Below are positions 60,831-64,000 of a DNA stretch of 64,000 nucleotides, piece by piece. Under the pieces are notes generated by a model, which was given only the letters and a program-made list of their open reading frames with translations, was not told where the DNA came from and made no database searches. This DNA comes from Nemertoderma westbladi. Lineage: Eukaryota; Animalia; Xenacoelomorpha. Where the stretch lies: assembly GCA_032718475.1 (NCBI GenBank), contig JAUCBJ010006687.1:10635-74634 (forward strand). The letters are read 5' to 3'. Both the position numbers and the translations under genes were made by a program. Every line of letters begins with the position of its first letter. Within the stretch, counting starts at the first letter, position 1.

Positions 60831-63005
60831 TTAGGCCAATTGTTTGACATCCGCTGTGTTTGCTAGACATGTAGACTTTATTTCCAATGATTCAGTGAAA
60901 CCATGTTTCTGCAATAATGGCCCCTTATTGTCTTCGATATTATATCTTAGAATATTTCGGAAATTCTTATTCCCAGAGTCATTTGTAAACATTGCCACTA
61001 AGTAAAAAGAGTTACTGGTATTTCCTGTACGAGTAGACCCTCTCCATCTTATACGCGAGCTTCTCTGTAGAAAAGTCCATTTATTGGATTCCACCGCAGC
61101 TACTTTAACCGCATCAGGAATTACCACATCAAAGGAAACTAATGAATTTGGAAGAACAACCCCACATTTAGGGGTGTTTACGCGACACCCATTGGACCAC
61201 ATTCCGTATGCTTTAGGAAATGTCCACTGACTCAAATCCGGCTCGTAGCAGCAAATAATGTAATTCCAGATGTTAGGCATTGGTCCATCTGAAGTTTTCG
61301 GTTGGGCAAATATTGAGAAACGATAAATACCACGATGAGGAAATTTCAAATGGAAAGTTAATTTACCTCGATTACATTCTTTGAAAATATATTTGGTCAT
61401 AGAATTTATAGAATCATTTCCAAGTTTATATTTTAATTTCTCTGAGATTAACATTTCTTTTTTCAAGTAAAACTCAATCGTTAGTTTCTTTTTAACCTTT
61501 ATAAATGAGTAACTATGAGTAAGTGGCACTAAGAGACTTGCGTGATAATCTTTAGTAGGACCATAGTTACCTACCGATGGTTGCGGTATAGGCTGCGTAA
61601 TTCTACCAACGACATTACAAAAAACTAAATAACTGCACAGAAACACAAGAGAATGATCTTCATTTTCTTCCTTCTTGCCGAAAATCTCCATTATATATTC
61701 ACCTTCAATTGGGGCTATAAAATGTATGGCCGATTTGTAAGGGATCCGGGATTTGTTATCCCTGATAATGGCTGTGTGATTAAATTTGTAGTCATCTGAA
61801 ATAGCGTTATGGAATAATTGTACATGGTATTCCATGGGAAACTGAGAATTAAGCACCAAGTGCAATTCGCCCTTTTTCGTCTTCAGGATGGGATTTCCTT
61901 TGGAAGAAACAATTGCATTTTGAGTCAAATGAAAACCGGGCCCCAACCCTTTGAAGGAAACCTCTCTGGGAAGCAACGTCCTCAAAATTTTACAGGAAGT
62001 GTTTTCTATTATAAATGTTGCGATAACTACAGGGTACGTCTGCTTGTCTCCTCTATGTACCTCATTCAAACATTTCACATCGAGGAAAAAGCTCCCCTTT
62101 TCAATCATGCGTACGACGATGTGCAACATTCTTCGCCTACGTTTTTGATCGATATAGTAGTAAGCGCATCTATTATCGAATTCCTTACCTCTCGAAGACG
62201 TATTGTTGGGCCCAGAAACTCGGCGAAATAAGCTGCATTCAAAGAAATACGCCGTTCTTTTGGGAAGTACAATGTTTACTTTAACTAGGTTATCCTTTAC
62301 TTGAATATGATCACCATATATCTCTCTCAGACGAAATCCGAGCTTAAAGAAATTATAACGCAAGCAAGGAAGTCGACGCCATTCTTCGAAGGTCACACTA
62401 TGTGCGATAAGTTGCCATGCTGGATCGTTTGGATAATGCGAATATATCATATGGGCAGGATTAGTTAGAAAAAAATAATCGTTAGCAACTCCGTTCTGAG
62501 CCGCCAAGTGTCCCGAAGGCGTGAGGCCAACTCCAACAGAAGCCAACCACATGTCAATTAGATACCAATTGCCATTGATACTAACTGCCGTCCATTCGTT
62601 GTTATTTTCATCGATATCTATTGCATCGCCCGGAAGGAATGTTCCTTCTTTCACGCATCCCTCCACTTCCCTTGCGGAGATCCCAGCACCTAAACACAAA
62701 GCTGAGAAGATCTTAGAGTACGAAGCCTTATTATCTCGCAGTAGTCGCAGTACCGACAGGGGTGATCCCGGATCATCGTTTACCTCGGCTCGAGGCAAAT
62801 CCGACAAACTGTTGCTACTCAACCATCGATAAACGGCCCTCACTTTCTCTAAATCGTTGACGCAAGGAAGTAAAAGATAGCCAATAAGATTCGCAAAATT
62901 GTATAAGCAATCCGTAGGAATGCATTGGACGTGATCGTCTATTATTTGAAAATCATGGTATTGGTGCAATAGCGACGATTTATATCTTTTCTGAACTAAG
63001 GCCAT
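60831..63005 (-). CDS. Hillarin/kyphoscoliosis-peptidase (KY)-like protein: transglutaminase-like domain plus Ig-like repeats
   Basis: 724-aa ORF; DLEKVRAVYRW, Y..IF..LC..AGI....VEG..K...F.PG, W.AV.INGNWYLID, DYFFLTNP...IYSHYP.DP.WQL; repeated G.Y...IF beta-sandwich units; an upstream exon cannot be excluded. Confidence 0.8.
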   Translation of the reverse strand: MALVQKRYKSSLLHQYHDFQIIDDHVQCIPTDCLYNFANLIGYLLLPCVNDLEKVRAVYRWLSSNSLSDLPRAEVNDDPGSPLSVLRLLRDNKASYSKIFSALCLGAGISAREVEGCVKEGTFLPGDAIDIDENNNEWTAVSINGNWYLIDMWLASVGVGLTPSGHLAAQNGVANDYFFLTNPAHMIYSHYPNDPAWQLIAHSVTFEEWRRLPCLRYNFFKLGFRLREIYGDHIQVKDNLVKVNIVLPKRTAYFFECSLFRRVSGPNNTSSRGKEFDNRCAYYYIDQKRRRRMLHIVVRMIEKGSFFLDVKCLNEVHRGDKQTYPVVIATFIIENTSCKILRTLLPREVSFKGLGPGFHLTQNAIVSSKGNPILKTKKGELHLVLNSQFPMEYHVQLFHNAISDDYKFNHTAIIRDNKSRIPYKSAIHFIAPIEGEYIMEIFGKKEENEDHSLVFLCSYLVFCNVVGRITQPIPQPSVGNYGPTKDYHASLLVPLTHSYSFIKVKKKLTIEFYLKKEMLISEKLKYKLGNDSINSMTKYIFKECNRGKLTFHLKFPHRGIYRFSIFAQPKTSDGPMPNIWNYIICCYEPDLSQWTFPKAYGMWSNGCRVNTPKCGVVLPNSLVSFDVVIPDAVKVAAVESNKWTFLQRSSRIRWRGSTRTGNTSNSFYLVAMFTNDSGNKNFRNILRYNIEDNKGPLLQKHGFTESLEIKSTCLANTADVKQLA

Positions 63006-64000
63006 TATTCATGGATAGAGTTCAGTGTTAGTGGATTATTATAGTAATGAGAGTTAATGTCGAAATATTACTGCAATCACCGAGCTTAGTAGGTTTAAAA
63101 AAACTAATTTAATATAATTTAAAACATTAAGGGAAAGGAGCAAGTTATACACTGGCGGTGATTTTTAACCAAAACAATTTACGAAACTACATTTCACTTG
63201 CAGCCACTTTCGGCCGTTATCTGTGGAACGAAATATTGCTTATTGATATCAATAATTCAAATCAAATTAACTCTTACGGCTAGCCTTATTGTACTGTATA
63301 CGTATATATAAGGGAAACAATTAATGAAATAATTATTGTATATAATATTAATACCCTAAATAATATATTTTGGGCAACCATCAATTCGGATTATATGTAC
63401 AGTACTAAGTAAGTATATACTAATCAACAGAGTTTATTCATTATACTGTAAGTATCCATGCTTAAATGAGTTTGAGTGTAAATATTAAGCGACATAACAA
63501 TTGCCGCATTGGAGGACGACTGCAGGGTAATTATTATTGTGTACCGCAATTCAATTATTATTGCCAATACTGCGGCCAAATGGCTTTTATTATTATCAAT
63601 TCACTAACTATTACATTCACTATTACATATATTGGGAAGGCTAGCTTTATTTAATGCAATGGTTATCTGTATGCGGTGAGTTTAATTGTATGATGCATTG
63701 ATACAAAGCTGTTGACAAGGTTACAAAATAATTTCACGTAATTTCTCTCACGCAATAAAAAATTCCAGCATCAAAAATATCCAATTATTATTACAATAAA
63801 CATAATTCCTGTAAGTAATTGCGGATAAAAAAATAGAGCTCATTCAAATGTAAGGAGAGAGGGGAGAGAGGCGGGAAGTCGGCAGACAAGAGATGAAGCA
63901 GTTTTCTAGAACTTTATATTACCTTTTATAATGTACTTCAAAGTAGGCGTATTCTATAATTTTGTCCTGTACTGTAACTTTGTATATGAATAAAAGGCGC

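Overview
Repeat-rich invertebrate-type eukaryotic DNA (the species cannot be determined from the sequence). Host genes are two intronless SVOP-like MFS transporter paralogues (6131-7603 and 28598-30085, both +) and an intronless hillarin/KY-like transglutaminase-fold gene (60831-63005, -). About half the window is two very long (~16 kb), young BEL/Pao LTR retrotransposons in divergent orientation. Copy 1 is 11018-27202 (-) with a CTGCT TSD; copy 2 is 32277-48207 (+) with no TSD. Each has ~1.2-kb LTRs, a ~2.3-kb repeat-rich leader, one gag-pol frame with few lesions and a decayed extra 3' ORF. There are also RTE, CR1/L2-group and CRE-like non-LTR elements, a solo LTR and tRNA-derived SINE heads, several of them nested. 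The main observation is that neither BEL copy has a tRNA-type (TGG) primer-binding site. Instead, the 11-12 nt after the 5' LTR are the exact reverse complement of a segment inside the element's own LTR, with a compensatory change between the copies. That segment lies in a conserved island whose neighbouring segments also pair, with covariation, with the distal LTR. This suggests a self-priming (tRNA-independent) BEL/Pao lineage built on a large structured LTR RNA. The complementarity is seen in the sequence; the mechanism is inference.
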